This document shows, in pieces, positions 37,616 through 47,188 of a stretch of DNA of 64,000 nt (position 1 is its first letter; each line of letters opens with the position of its first letter). Both the position numbers and the translations under genes were made by a program. Where the stretch lies: assembly GCA_000146465.1 (NCBI GenBank), contig CP001944.1; one strand, 5' to 3'. The notes beneath the pieces are model-generated. The model did no database searches, was not told the DNA's origin, and was given only the letters and a program-made list of their open reading frames with translations.

Positions 37616-39010
37616 TTATTTATTTATGGTTTTCCAGTACTCCTCCATCTCTCTAAAAAAGATAATAAAGTCCTCCTCAACATTCCACAGCCCGTTGTTT
37701 TTCACGTCTTCCAGGCTGCAGCCTTCGGAAACATAGAAGTCCGTTAAAAACATGCATTTTCCCTTAGGAATCTTCTCGACAGTCATCTTCTCAAACAGAT
37801 AACTGCATCGTGTTCCCAAAAGAGAATGAAAACTGTTGCTTGCATTTGTTCCAATTATTTTCCTCTCCTTAAGTTCTAGGAGTATCACCGATTCTTTGAG
37901 AGACCTAGCCAAATCAATAGCATCGACAACATGTGCCAGATTTCCAACACTTATGAAATACTTAATGCTTTTGTTTAGATCATTTACACATTCTTGGATA
38001 TTGTCAATTGCTTCTTTCCTCTTCCAATTATCTTCTATTCCCTTAGCAAAAAGTATATCCGACCATATAAACGACAGGTTTGGGACTTGAGCATTTCGGA
38101 CATTCATCAAGTCCAAACACTTGAGGACATGTGGATAGAAGCAAAAGTATCTGCACAAAAACACAAATATTAGAAATATCTCATAATTCTCGGGGAAGTC
38201 TTTCCTGTGCTTGAAGGATAAATACAGGGCCAGTCCAAGATATGAAGCCTTTCTAGACGATATCAAAACAGCAATGATCATCTTTGTGTTGAGTACTGAC
38301 TTGTTCTTGGTGTATATTTCATATGCCCTCCTTAGAACTTCCTCGTCAAATCCCTTCCTTGCCAACTGTATTAAGCAATCGATGGTTCCGTCGGGATGGT
38401 TTTCTAGCCCAACCATTCCGCTAATGAACTCTATTTCCTTAAAGCATATCCTCGACCTTAGTAGCTCAATAGCCTTGTCTTTTTCTTTGAACCGATGGAG
38501 AAGGTAGTACTCGTAGTTCAGGCTTTCTCTTCGAGGAAGCTCTATATTATTGTTCAATGCATGCTGATATAAATCCCAATCATCTAAATGGTCTAGGAGA
38601 AACGCCATACATTCCAGATCGGTCTCCTTTCCAAGAAGCTTAGGATGGCCATGTATGTACGCCTCTTTGAGAGTGAGATAATAAAGAAAGTCCTTAAAAA
38701 CAATTCTCTGGACATAATGGTCCATTTCCTTTATCAGCAATCCTCTCTTGTACAGCATCCAAATGAGATTGCTCTTGATGGTGGAATTCTTCAGAGATTG
38801 AAGGAGAAGATTCTTCTTGGCCTCATCTTCCGGACTCCCCAGGAAGTCGAGGAGCAAGGAAGTCATAAGGAACATGGGGTTTCTTGGAAAGAGCATTCTC
38901 CCGAGTTCGATACTATCTTGTATATCTCCAGCAAGAAGCTTCTCCACAAAGGTCTTTTCCAAATCTCTCTGGCCGGATACTAATCTTTTCAGGAAGCCTA
39001 GCTGTTTCAT
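37616..39010 (-). CDS. Hypothetical protein (helical-repeat/TPR-like), 464 aa
   Basis: ATG at 39010 begins a long uninterrupted ORF. No confident family. Confidence 0.6.
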   Translation of the reverse strand: MKQLGFLKRLVSGQRDLEKTFVEKLLAGDIQDSIELGRMLFPRNPMFLMTSLLLDFLGSPEDEAKKNLLLQSLKNSTIKSNLIWMLYKRGLLIKEMDHYVQRIVFKDFLYYLTLKEAYIHGHPKLLGKETDLECMAFLLDHLDDWDLYQHALNNNIELPRRESLNYEYYLLHRFKEKDKAIELLRSRICFKEIEFISGMVGLENHPDGTIDCLIQLARKGFDEEVLRRAYEIYTKNKSVLNTKMIIAVLISSRKASYLGLALYLSFKHRKDFPENYEIFLIFVFLCRYFCFYPHVLKCLDLMNVRNAQVPNLSFIWSDILFAKGIEDNWKRKEAIDNIQECVNDLNKSIKYFISVGNLAHVVDAIDLARSLKESVILLELKERKIIGTNASNSFHSLLGTRCSYLFEKMTVEKIPKGKCMFLTDFYVSEGCSLEDVKNNGLWNVEEDFIIFFREMEEYWKTINK

Positions 39011-39187
39011 GTGCCTAGGGTTTCAAATTTTGCAGCCTATTTCTACACAAAGACAAGCTTCTTCCGAAGACATCACTGCTGGATATCCAGCCATGTCCTC
39101 TTTCCAAAGCTCCAAACCTTTCTGCTCAATAATCACTATTGCAAAATTTTTAAATAAAAACAAACAGAAGAGAAGGAAAGACCAGAC

Positions 39188-40492
39188 ATGGGAGAAGCAG
39201 GGAATGGAGGCCTTCTTTCCTCGGCCGAGGCCAGGAAGAAAAGGAGGAGACTAATAGAGCATATTGCATCGGAAATGAGGCTAATTCGGAGGGAGATTGA
39301 GAGGCCAAGAGCAATGAGGGATGCACCAGGATTTCTTTATGACTTTGAAAAGCAAATACCTTTCAGGCACCAAGAAATTAGATGTGCAAGTATTCCCGCC
39401 AAAAAGGCCGATAGCAAGTCTGGGGATGAGTTAGGGAAGATAAGGATGGCAGCAGAGTATGCTGCAGAATCTGGGGTTCTGATGCTAATAGACGTCCTGA
39501 AGCAGTCTAAGAAGATTGTATTTAGTAAGGATTGGGAGATTGGATATAGGGAAAATAACGTTATTAACATTCTTCGCCAGATCGAAAAGAAAAGAAGAAA
39601 AGGAGATCTGTTGCAGAATCCAAGAGAACACAGGATTGAGAGAGCAGATGTAGAAAAGACGTGGAAGATGATGGTTGAGGAAGAGGCCCGGAGAAAGGCA
39701 CAACTGGATTCTATAGTGCATGAGATTTCTCTTGCAAAAAGAGACAGAGTGATCCATGTGAATACCTTTCTGTCCTCCTTTATTGGAACTCTAAATGAAA
39801 GGACTACGGATCTAGAAGGGAGAGGTATATCCGATGGGGAAGGGGAGGGAGACGGAGTGATTTACAGTAGAAGACGACTGTCTAAGATGTTTATCGGGGG
39901 AGAGGTGAGTTACGAAAGTGTTGTGCTCCCTACGGTGGGAGACGACAATCCCCCGCCTATATTTGGCCGAAGGTTATATATTCCTTCCGAAAAGATCGAA
40001 AGTGTGACTCCAAGGACTCAGATAAGCGAGAGGTATAAGAAATATCTTGCCAACTTTTCAAAGCTTAACTCTGCTCAATCGGGGAGAAGCAACTTTAGTA
40101 TGCCGCAAGGATCTGTGGCAAGTCATCCGAGTAGCCAGCACATCTTTAAGAAGGTGTCTATGGAGTATCTACGATGTAAAAGTGCTAGAGATATTGTTAG
40201 CCATAAATATAGGAATGTGGTTATTGATAGAACAGTAGACTTGCCCAAAAGACCAGAGGGAAGATATCCGAAGATTCATCTACAGGATGGTTTGGGTGGA
40301 GATCTGTGCTCGAGTGGGAGCGATGATGCAAATGTCGGATATACCTTTCTTATTGAGGCAGCACTAGGAAAGGTCCCGAGTTCTGGGCAAAAGGGAGAGT
40401 TAGAGCCAACCATGGGATCCGAGAATCTTCCTAGTGGCAGCAATGGGACGACTGGGGATGAAATTGAAAATGGAAGAGATAAAGAAACATGA
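39188..40492 (+). CDS. Hypothetical protein, 434 aa
   Basis: ATG at 39188. It has a basic N-terminal region (KKRRRL) and a low-complexity acidic/Gly C-terminus. No confident family. Confidence 0.55.
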   Translation: MGEAGNGGLLSSAEARKKRRRLIEHIASEMRLIRREIERPRAMRDAPGFLYDFEKQIPFRHQEIRCASIPAKKADSKSGDELGKIRMAAEYAAESGVLMLIDVLKQSKKIVFSKDWEIGYRENNVINILRQIEKKRRKGDLLQNPREHRIERADVEKTWKMMVEEEARRKAQLDSIVHEISLAKRDRVIHVNTFLSSFIGTLNERTTDLEGRGISDGEGEGDGVIYSRRRLSKMFIGGEVSYESVVLPTVGDDNPPPIFGRRLYIPSEKIESVTPRTQISERYKKYLANFSKLNSAQSGRSNFSMPQGSVASHPSSQHIFKKVSMEYLRCKSARDIVSHKYRNVVIDRTVDLPKRPEGRYPKIHLQDGLGGDLCSSGSDDANVGYTFLIEAALGKVPSSGQKGELEPTMGSENLPSGSNGTTGDEIENGRDKET

Positions 40493-40756
40493 GGGAAGAG
40501 AATAGAAAATTCGTTATGGAGCTGATTTGTTACCTGATATTTAAATTAAATCCAAAGAAAGTGTATATATGTATTCGCTGGCTTCTTTAAGGACTGGACA
40601 TTTAGAGTACCTGGGCTCGGATTGGTTTCAGAAGCACCTATTAGCTTTGGTAGCACTCTGGAGAGTCCAGTAGGAAACCAATTGGAGGAAAGATTGGACG
40701 GGGTGTGGTTGAGAAAGGATTGGAGAATAAATACTAAGAAGTGGAAGAGAAGAGCA

Positions 40757-42457
40757 ATGAAGTATAAGGAGGAGACTCCGAGCTACATGTACTCAGAGAT
40801 AGAAGGGACTGAAGAAGAAATAATTAGTCTTATGGATGAGTCTGAGGAAATCAACCCTTCTCAGGAAAGAGAGATGAGAGGAATGATAGGAGACTTCGAG
40901 TACATAGAAAACAAATGGATAGGAAATTACCGATTTATAAGGCAGCTGGGAACTGGAAGTAGTAGCAAGGTTGTGCTTGGATGCGATCCACAAAGCGGGG
41001 AAAAGGTTGCAATCAAAATAATTCCCAAAAGGATGAATGGCACGGAGACTAGCGAGGTTGAGATGAGATGCGACCAGAGGATATTCAGAGAAGTTATTAT
41101 ATCATCTGTGGTAAATCATCCGCATATTGTTCGGTTGAAGAACTTTCTGTATAGCCCTACACACTACTTTCTAATATTCGAGTATGTGAAAGGAAGGCAG
41201 TTGTACGATATTATCATTAGTAACGGGCCTCTGAAGGAGAAGGAGGGGCAGAGGTACTTCAGGCAGTTACTTTCTGCAGTTGACTACATCCATAAGAATT
41301 CGATTGTCCACAGAGACCTGAAGATAGAAAACATCCTGATTGACGACAACGACAATGTCAAGCTGATCGACTTTGGACTATCGAATTTTTACGACAACAA
41401 AACCCTGCTGAACACATTCTGTGGAAGTCTGTACTTTGCAGCGCCAGAGCTTCTTCAGGGGCAGAGATACTGTGGACCAGAGATAGACATCTGGAGTCTG
41501 GGGGTTGTTCTATATGCGACTCTGTGCGGATGTGTTCCATTTGATGACGAAAATGTTCAGGGACTCCAGGAAAAGATAAAGGATGGAGACTTCAAGTTCT
41601 GCAAGACGATTTCAAGAGAGGCTCAGGAGCTAATCCGAGGGATGATTGTTGCACAGCCATCCTCTAGAATGGGGCTTGACCAAGTGATTGGAAGCGAATG
41701 GGTAAACGGAGATCAAAAAGGCAGAATCAACAGCTATACAGCAAAGAGATATCCAATAATGAAGATCAACGAGAGGTACATAGAGTTGTTGTCGAGAGCA
41801 ATCCGGTTCCAGTTCCCCAACATTGAAAGAGAGATTAGAAGATTCCACAGAATATGCAAGGAAGACATGGGGACTTTAGAGCAGATCTATTGGTCGAGAA
41901 GGCCTGTGGTGTCTCTCTATTATCTTGTTTCTGAGAACCTTGGAGAAGACAACGAAAACAGAATCTACGAAGAAGAAGATGAGACAGAACTGCCACAGGG
42001 GCAACCAGAAGCCATCCATGACTTTGTAAGGTTTATATTTTCTGGAGAGAGAACCTGTACTCGAAAACACGTTAAAAAGGAGGTGCTTCTGGAATCTGCA
42101 AGCCAAGACACCCTGGTGTCCCTGAAGGGAAAGGACAACGGGCTTCCACGAATCAGACAGACATACTTGAAGGGGTTCTTCAGGGGGATAAGGGTAAAGC
42201 ACATCGGAAGCCACAATGCACTCAAAAAGATACTCCTTGACATATTCAATGCAAATAGTATTATCTACGAAGTTACCGATAAGAGCTACTTTTGCTCTGC
42301 ATACTACGAGGATCTGGAATGTCTTTTCAAGGTATCGATGTATTTTAATGTGCTTCTTAACGAATATTATCTTACTGTGACACCTCTGAACAGCGAGAAG
42401 AAGCTTTTTAAGAATGTATATGAATGGATTTCCTCTGGATTGAGGAATAGAACGTGA
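40757..42457 (+). CDS. CAMK-group Ser/Thr protein kinase (SNF1/KIN1/MARK-like)
   Basis: ORF-track start is TTG. The first ATG is at 40757. LGTGSSSKVVLG, VAIKII, HRDLKIENILID, DFGLSNF, CGSLYFAAPE, DIWSLGVVLY. The C-terminal extension of about 250 aa could be a KA1-like tail. Confidence 0.8.
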   Translation: MKYKEETPSYMYSEIEGTEEEIISLMDESEEINPSQEREMRGMIGDFEYIENKWIGNYRFIRQLGTGSSSKVVLGCDPQSGEKVAIKIIPKRMNGTETSEVEMRCDQRIFREVIISSVVNHPHIVRLKNFLYSPTHYFLIFEYVKGRQLYDIIISNGPLKEKEGQRYFRQLLSAVDYIHKNSIVHRDLKIENILIDDNDNVKLIDFGLSNFYDNKTLLNTFCGSLYFAAPELLQGQRYCGPEIDIWSLGVVLYATLCGCVPFDDENVQGLQEKIKDGDFKFCKTISREAQELIRGMIVAQPSSRMGLDQVIGSEWVNGDQKGRINSYTAKRYPIMKINERYIELLSRAIRFQFPNIEREIRRFHRICKEDMGTLEQIYWSRRPVVSLYYLVSENLGEDNENRIYEEEDETELPQGQPEAIHDFVRFIFSGERTCTRKHVKKEVLLESASQDTLVSLKGKDNGLPRIRQTYLKGFFRGIRVKHIGSHNALKKILLDIFNANSIIYEVTDKSYFCSAYYEDLECLFKVSMYFNVLLNEYYLTVTPLNSEKKLFKNVYEWISSGLRNRT

Positions 42458-42769
42458 AATAAATTGTTAACTTTTGGTTGGGTGCAAGAGCAGCATATGT
42501 CATTGCTCCGTGATTTCCAAGACATTGTGGCTGAAACTAATAATTGCGGTAGATATTTTCTTGTTTGGAATTACCCTGGATCCGTGGCTAATACCATGGA
42601 TTCCAAAAGAGCCAGAATTGCTCCCTTGAGCCTGATGGTTCCAAGGTTCGTAGATGGCTACATTTTGATGGGATGTCTTCTTTCTATGATGTTTTCTGTT
42701 TCAAGGCTGTTTTAAGCTGTTTTGGAATCTCTATAAACAGAAACGGCTTTCGGTCCATACCAAGGCCAG

Positions 42770-44488
42770 ATGACTCCTATTTGGTTATTTCTAGGATGTG
42801 CTCTCTGTTCTCTTGAAAGTGACATGCTGAGATACACAAACAAATTCAGGAAGGAGCACAACATGGAGGAACTATACAACCTACCTTCCTTGCAGAAGGC
42901 TGCGGATCTGCAAGTGCTGCACATGTGTAAGAAATCCAAGCTTACACATGACGGACCAAGCGGAGAAGGATTTAACCTTGCAGGAAGGTTGAAAAAGTTT
43001 GATTTTGTCGGACTCAACATAGGAGAGAATATAGCTAAGCAAGAGAATGATGACTATAAGGAGGTGGTTAAACTTTGGATGAAGTCTGAAGAGCATAGAA
43101 ACAACATTCTCGGAGACTATGTATACTCTGGGGTTTCCACATGTATTGGGAAGGATGGGAACAGATATTGGGCCCAGGTCTTCGGGAAAGACATCAGTAA
43201 CACAAAAATTGCCAAGATGAGGAATGAGGGGAAGCCACTGATTTGCCTGGAGTGCAATATGAAAGATGAAGACAAATCGGATAGAGAAAGAAAAACACAT
43301 GAAGAAGGAGAAGACCTCGGAGTCGGAGACTACATAATGGTGGTTCCTCCGGAGTATGGAAAAGAACCAGAAAAAAGAGAAGGATCTTTTGGAGGAGTTT
43401 ATGAAGATGCTCGGAATGAAAATGTTGGTTCTATCGAAACTCAGCCGGATGTAGAGAGTCCTAGCAGAGGAGGAAAACGGATACCTGAAATAAGCTTAGG
43501 TAGAAAGAGGTATCCGGGACAGAACATTGTTCGAAGACCTAAGTATTCGTCCTCCCACGAGCGCAATACTAGGAAGGAGGAAAGAGAATTGTTAAGTCTA
43601 GGAGATTATCTTATTCCACCACAGAGCGAAAGCACCGAGCATCCAAAAACTAGCACTTCGACTTCAGAGAGTTTGTATTCAACAACGACTCAAAAAACAG
43701 TCTCCACCGTCACTCCAAGCACCAGCATCCGAACCTCAACAATACCAATCTTCACACTTGTATTCAAGGACTCGGGAAATTCCACTGTGGTTCCTGCACT
43801 TCAATCTTTGATTGATGCAATCAAAGGAACATCTTCTCAGGAGAAGAGTAGCAGTAGCAAGACTGTCTTCTCTGTGGGGTCGACACTTTATTCTACTTCG
43901 GGGATAAGCACTTTCAGTTCAAGCATTCAGTCTCCTTTGTCTAGTACTACACAAACATCCTCATCTTCACTAAGCAGCAAAGAAGCAATATCCACAGTTA
44001 CAGTCACTTCAACCGCTCGTGAGTCCGTCACAGTGTATCTCCCCAAATACCAGATAACGACAACGACAACGACCGTGCCATCGGAAAGAAAGGATTCCAA
44101 GGCCCCACAGAACAGAGATGGGTCTTTCAACCAGGGAGGTCTAAGGATTGAGTCCCCAAAGCATCTGGAGTTCATTGGGGGAGCTGGAAGCGGAGGAAGC
44201 ATAAGCCCTGTTGTAAAGTTGGATGACAGACATAATGCAGGACAAAACGAAAAGGAAAATGACTCTGGCAACGAGGGAGGATGCAAGGAAGGATACAACA
44301 ACGACGGAAGCTGTATACTTTCCAAGTCGCTGGATGATTTGAAGCTCAAGGATACCCTCGAGAATCTGGTTCGAAAGGGAAAGATCCATCTTCATATTCT
44401 GTCGGACGAAGACTGCGGAGACAAGGAGGAATGTTATGAAAGCAAAAATAGAGTTGACATAGGAATTCCGTTTTCTTATAAACTTTAA
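42770..44488 (+). CDS. Secreted CAP/SCP/PR-1 superfamily protein with mucin-like Ser/Thr-rich stalk and Cys-containing C-terminal region
   Basis: ATG at 42770. Predicted signal peptide MTPIWLFLGCALCSLES. The CAP motifs are HN...(CAP3-like), GENIA (CAP4), W.KSEEHRNNIL and RYWAQVFG (CAP1/2-like). Then comes an acidic linker, then about 150 aa of S/T-rich low complexity including TTTTT encoded by (ACGACA)3, then a C-terminal Cys-containing segment. Confidence 0.7.
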   Translation: MTPIWLFLGCALCSLESDMLRYTNKFRKEHNMEELYNLPSLQKAADLQVLHMCKKSKLTHDGPSGEGFNLAGRLKKFDFVGLNIGENIAKQENDDYKEVVKLWMKSEEHRNNILGDYVYSGVSTCIGKDGNRYWAQVFGKDISNTKIAKMRNEGKPLICLECNMKDEDKSDRERKTHEEGEDLGVGDYIMVVPPEYGKEPEKREGSFGGVYEDARNENVGSIETQPDVESPSRGGKRIPEISLGRKRYPGQNIVRRPKYSSSHERNTRKEERELLSLGDYLIPPQSESTEHPKTSTSTSESLYSTTTQKTVSTVTPSTSIRTSTIPIFTLVFKDSGNSTVVPALQSLIDAIKGTSSQEKSSSSKTVFSVGSTLYSTSGISTFSSSIQSPLSSTTQTSSSSLSSKEAISTVTVTSTARESVTVYLPKYQITTTTTTVPSERKDSKAPQNRDGSFNQGGLRIESPKHLEFIGGAGSGGSISPVVKLDDRHNAGQNEKENDSGNEGGCKEGYNNDGSCILSKSLDDLKLKDTLENLVRKGKIHLHILSDEDCGDKEECYESKNRVDIGIPFSYKL

Positions 44489-44552
44489 GGTTATTTTTTA
44501 AAGGAAGTTGTTTTAATCTTGGAAAACCTAAATTATTTATTCTGTCTGAGCT

Positions 44553-46199
44553 CTATTCCAACACCAGCCCCAAGTCGCGGATGAAGCCATACAGAACTAT
44601 CAAGAATGCGTCTTCCTGTGCTTTCAGGGTCTTTATGTCCTGATTTTGGATCCAGAACACAACGTCAATATTTATCCCTATTGAGGAGTTGTTCTTCAAG
44701 TCATACCCGTACACACTAAACTTTCCTGTGTATACATTAGGATCCGAGGCCACCTCCTTTTCGATTGCAGAGTTCAGCTCCGCCATCTTGTCTTTAAATT
44801 CCAGAGAGTTTAAAAATGTAAACTTAAACTGTTTCAGTGACGTCCTTGCCTTTCTGAGGTTGACTATGGTCTTGTCCATGATCTTGGCATTGGGAATCAC
44901 TGTGACTTTCTTGTCAACTACAAACGAGGTGTAGAGAAGGCCCATGTCGTACACCTTGTGAAGGTGGCCGTCTATAAGGATTTTGTCTCCAACATCAAAT
45001 GTCTTGACGAGAAATATGAACACCAGAGACCTGAACATCTCTGTGAGAATCGAAGCAAAGATCGCATTGAGGGAAAGGAGTGTACCAAACTGGATGGGGA
45101 TGAAGTTGACAAAATTAACCTCACTCTCCACTATTGGAATGGTGGCCGAAATCCCAAACGGAATGAGTATGCAGGAGAGAACAATGTCCAACTTCTCGAC
45201 AATCGTGACCTTCTGAGCCATTCCCATAGTGATTCTCTTATCCTCGTTTAGAATGTCCTGATACACAAGGACAAAGCTACTTCTTGTCACCCTGCCATCC
45301 CCGTATATATCGAAGCGCTCAAATATCTTTCGTGCACTATCGGTTCCAAAGAAGTATTCGAGGGTCTGAATGTCAACAGTATCCTTTTCCGGAGAAACTG
45401 TCTTGAATACAAGACTTCCCCAGCTCTCGACATCTGGATCCGACTCCATCTTCTTGCCAGTTATTCTGTTCAGCTCCTCGAGCATCTTCATGTCCTCATA
45501 GTTCTTCTGGATTCTATCCTCATAGTTTTCAAAGAGCATCTTGTAGTTTATCCTCTCCATAAGAATGGTCTTTGCCAGAATTATCCCAAGAAACATAGAG
45601 CTTGCAAGAAGAAGCCTGCTTAGTTTGTCTATAAATGGAGTCTTTGTCTCAACTAGCCTGGCAGAAGAGCTTCCTGACTCCCCAGGATGGGTCTCTTCCT
45701 TTGGTAGCTCTGCGTTCCCCTCTTCGCCAGTCCTGGCACTCTCTCCGTCTATGATCTCTGTTCCATGGTTGTAGCTTCCCATGACAAAAGAGAGAATCAA
45801 CAGTGTGAGAACAAGACTTATAAGCCATCCATTCCTTATTAAAGTGCTCTGAAGGAATCTTTGCTTCTCGTCAATCTTCTTGAGAGTGATCGAGAAGTAT
45901 GTCAGTATAAGCTCAAGCATAAACCAAATCATAATACCAATGAGAAGGCACAGAAGAAGTTTTTCGGTTGCCAATGGGGGCTGGGCCTTTCCATTAGGTT
46001 CTATCTTTGATAGAATAAACGAATAGTGGCATATGTATGCTAGGATCCCGGAAATAATGGATCCCCCAAGGTAGATAAGGATCCATACCGATGAGGGAGG
46101 ACTTGGATCGTCCACGTGTCTCTTCCCCGACGGCTTCTTCTCCACAAAGAAGTCGGACTCCTCAACCTGCTGTATGCTTTCAATTTTCTCGGTTCGCAT
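44553..46199 (-). CDS. MscS-like mechanosensitive ion channel (Msy1/Msy2-type, with EF-hand-like loop)
   Basis: ATG at 46199. Multiple N-terminal TM helices. The MscS beta-domain core is LVKTFDVGDKILIDGHLHKVYDMGLLYTSFVVDKKVTVIPNAKIM. An EF-hand-like loop DIYGDGRVTRSS lies upstream. Confidence 0.8.
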   Translation of the reverse strand: MRTEKIESIQQVEESDFFVEKKPSGKRHVDDPSPPSSVWILIYLGGSIISGILAYICHYSFILSKIEPNGKAQPPLATEKLLLCLLIGIMIWFMLELILTYFSITLKKIDEKQRFLQSTLIRNGWLISLVLTLLILSFVMGSYNHGTEIIDGESARTGEEGNAELPKEETHPGESGSSSARLVETKTPFIDKLSRLLLASSMFLGIILAKTILMERINYKMLFENYEDRIQKNYEDMKMLEELNRITGKKMESDPDVESWGSLVFKTVSPEKDTVDIQTLEYFFGTDSARKIFERFDIYGDGRVTRSSFVLVYQDILNEDKRITMGMAQKVTIVEKLDIVLSCILIPFGISATIPIVESEVNFVNFIPIQFGTLLSLNAIFASILTEMFRSLVFIFLVKTFDVGDKILIDGHLHKVYDMGLLYTSFVVDKKVTVIPNAKIMDKTIVNLRKARTSLKQFKFTFLNSLEFKDKMAELNSAIEKEVASDPNVYTGKFSVYGYDLKNNSSIGINIDVVFWIQNQDIKTLKAQEDAFLIVLYGFIRDLGLVLE

Positions 46200-46316
46200 A
46201 GCGTCCCAAGCTCACTTAGAATTATGCTTGAAAAGGAGAACAAACCATAACGGCTGAAGGGTTTTTAGTAATTCACATTGGAGGAAGGGCCTTGTGTCCA
46301 ATAGAGGCTTTAATGT

Positions 46317-47096
46317 TTAATTTTCGTCGGGATGATCCCCTTTTCCTTCGTCCCCCATTACATTCCCCTCCTCCCTGGAAGCCCAGAGGGTAAGGTTGTC
46401 CCTAAGAAGTTGCATGATTAGAGTTGAGTCTCTGTAGCTTTCCTCAGAAAGAGTGTCCAGCTCCTTGATGGCTTCATCAAAGGCATTCTTGGCTATAGAA
46501 CAGGCTTTTTCAGAGTCATTGAGGATCTCGTAGTGAAACACAGAATAATTCAATGCAAGGCCCAGCTTTATGGGATTTGTGGGTGTAAGGGTCCTTGCCT
46601 TCTCTGTGGCCTCCTTGTAGGACTCTGCCGCATGCTTCGACACCTCCTTGTGCTCTGCCCCTGTGATGACTTCGGCCTTGTATCTGTAGTAGTCTCCCTT
46701 CATCTTCAGAAAGAAAATAAAATACTCAACATTCTTTCTTGCCTCCTCCAGGCTCAGTATGTATGTTGTGATGATGTCCAGGACCTCATCGCAGAACTTC
46801 AGAAGCTCCTCTTCAACAACCTTTATCTTTTCATCGATGACATAGACCACATTCTGGTCCTTCCCTTCAAGTTTCTGTCTTTCAGAGCATAGCATTCTCC
46901 AGCTCGATCTTCTTGAACTCACAAGGTTCTTGTATGCAACGGAAAAGAGGTTTCTTGCCATCACATTGAGAACATGCTTGTCCTCATGTGCGAGCACCAC
47001 AGCTTGCTTCATCTCCTTTGCCATGTCGTCATATCTTTCTGCCATGTCACTAAGATTTGCCTTCTGTAACGCCTCTTCATACTGCTTGGATACCAT
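46317..47096 (-). CDS. 14-3-3 protein
   Basis: ATG at 47096, preceded by AAAAATAGATGGGGG. 14-3-3 signatures: RNLFSVAYKNLVSSRRSSWR and YKDSTLIMQLLRDNLTLW. Confidence 0.93.
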   Translation of the reverse strand: MVSKQYEEALQKANLSDMAERYDDMAKEMKQAVVLAHEDKHVLNVMARNLFSVAYKNLVSSRRSSWRMLCSERQKLEGKDQNVVYVIDEKIKVVEEELLKFCDEVLDIITTYILSLEEARKNVEYFIFFLKMKGDYYRYKAEVITGAEHKEVSKHAAESYKEATEKARTLTPTNPIKLGLALNYSVFHYEILNDSEKACSIAKNAFDEAIKELDTLSEESYRDSTLIMQLLRDNLTLWASREEGNVMGDEGKGDHPDEN

Positions 47097-47188
47097 TTCT
47101 TAAGCCCCCATCTATTTTTATTTTTATTTTTATTCAATAGGAGACGTCAGCAGATTTAGAGAGGATAAAAATTAACCCAGTAGGGCTG

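Noticed and set aside
44689-45251. Plus-strand ORFs of 77-97 aa inside the MscS gene
   Set aside because: They are antisense to a well-supported CDS and show no homology.
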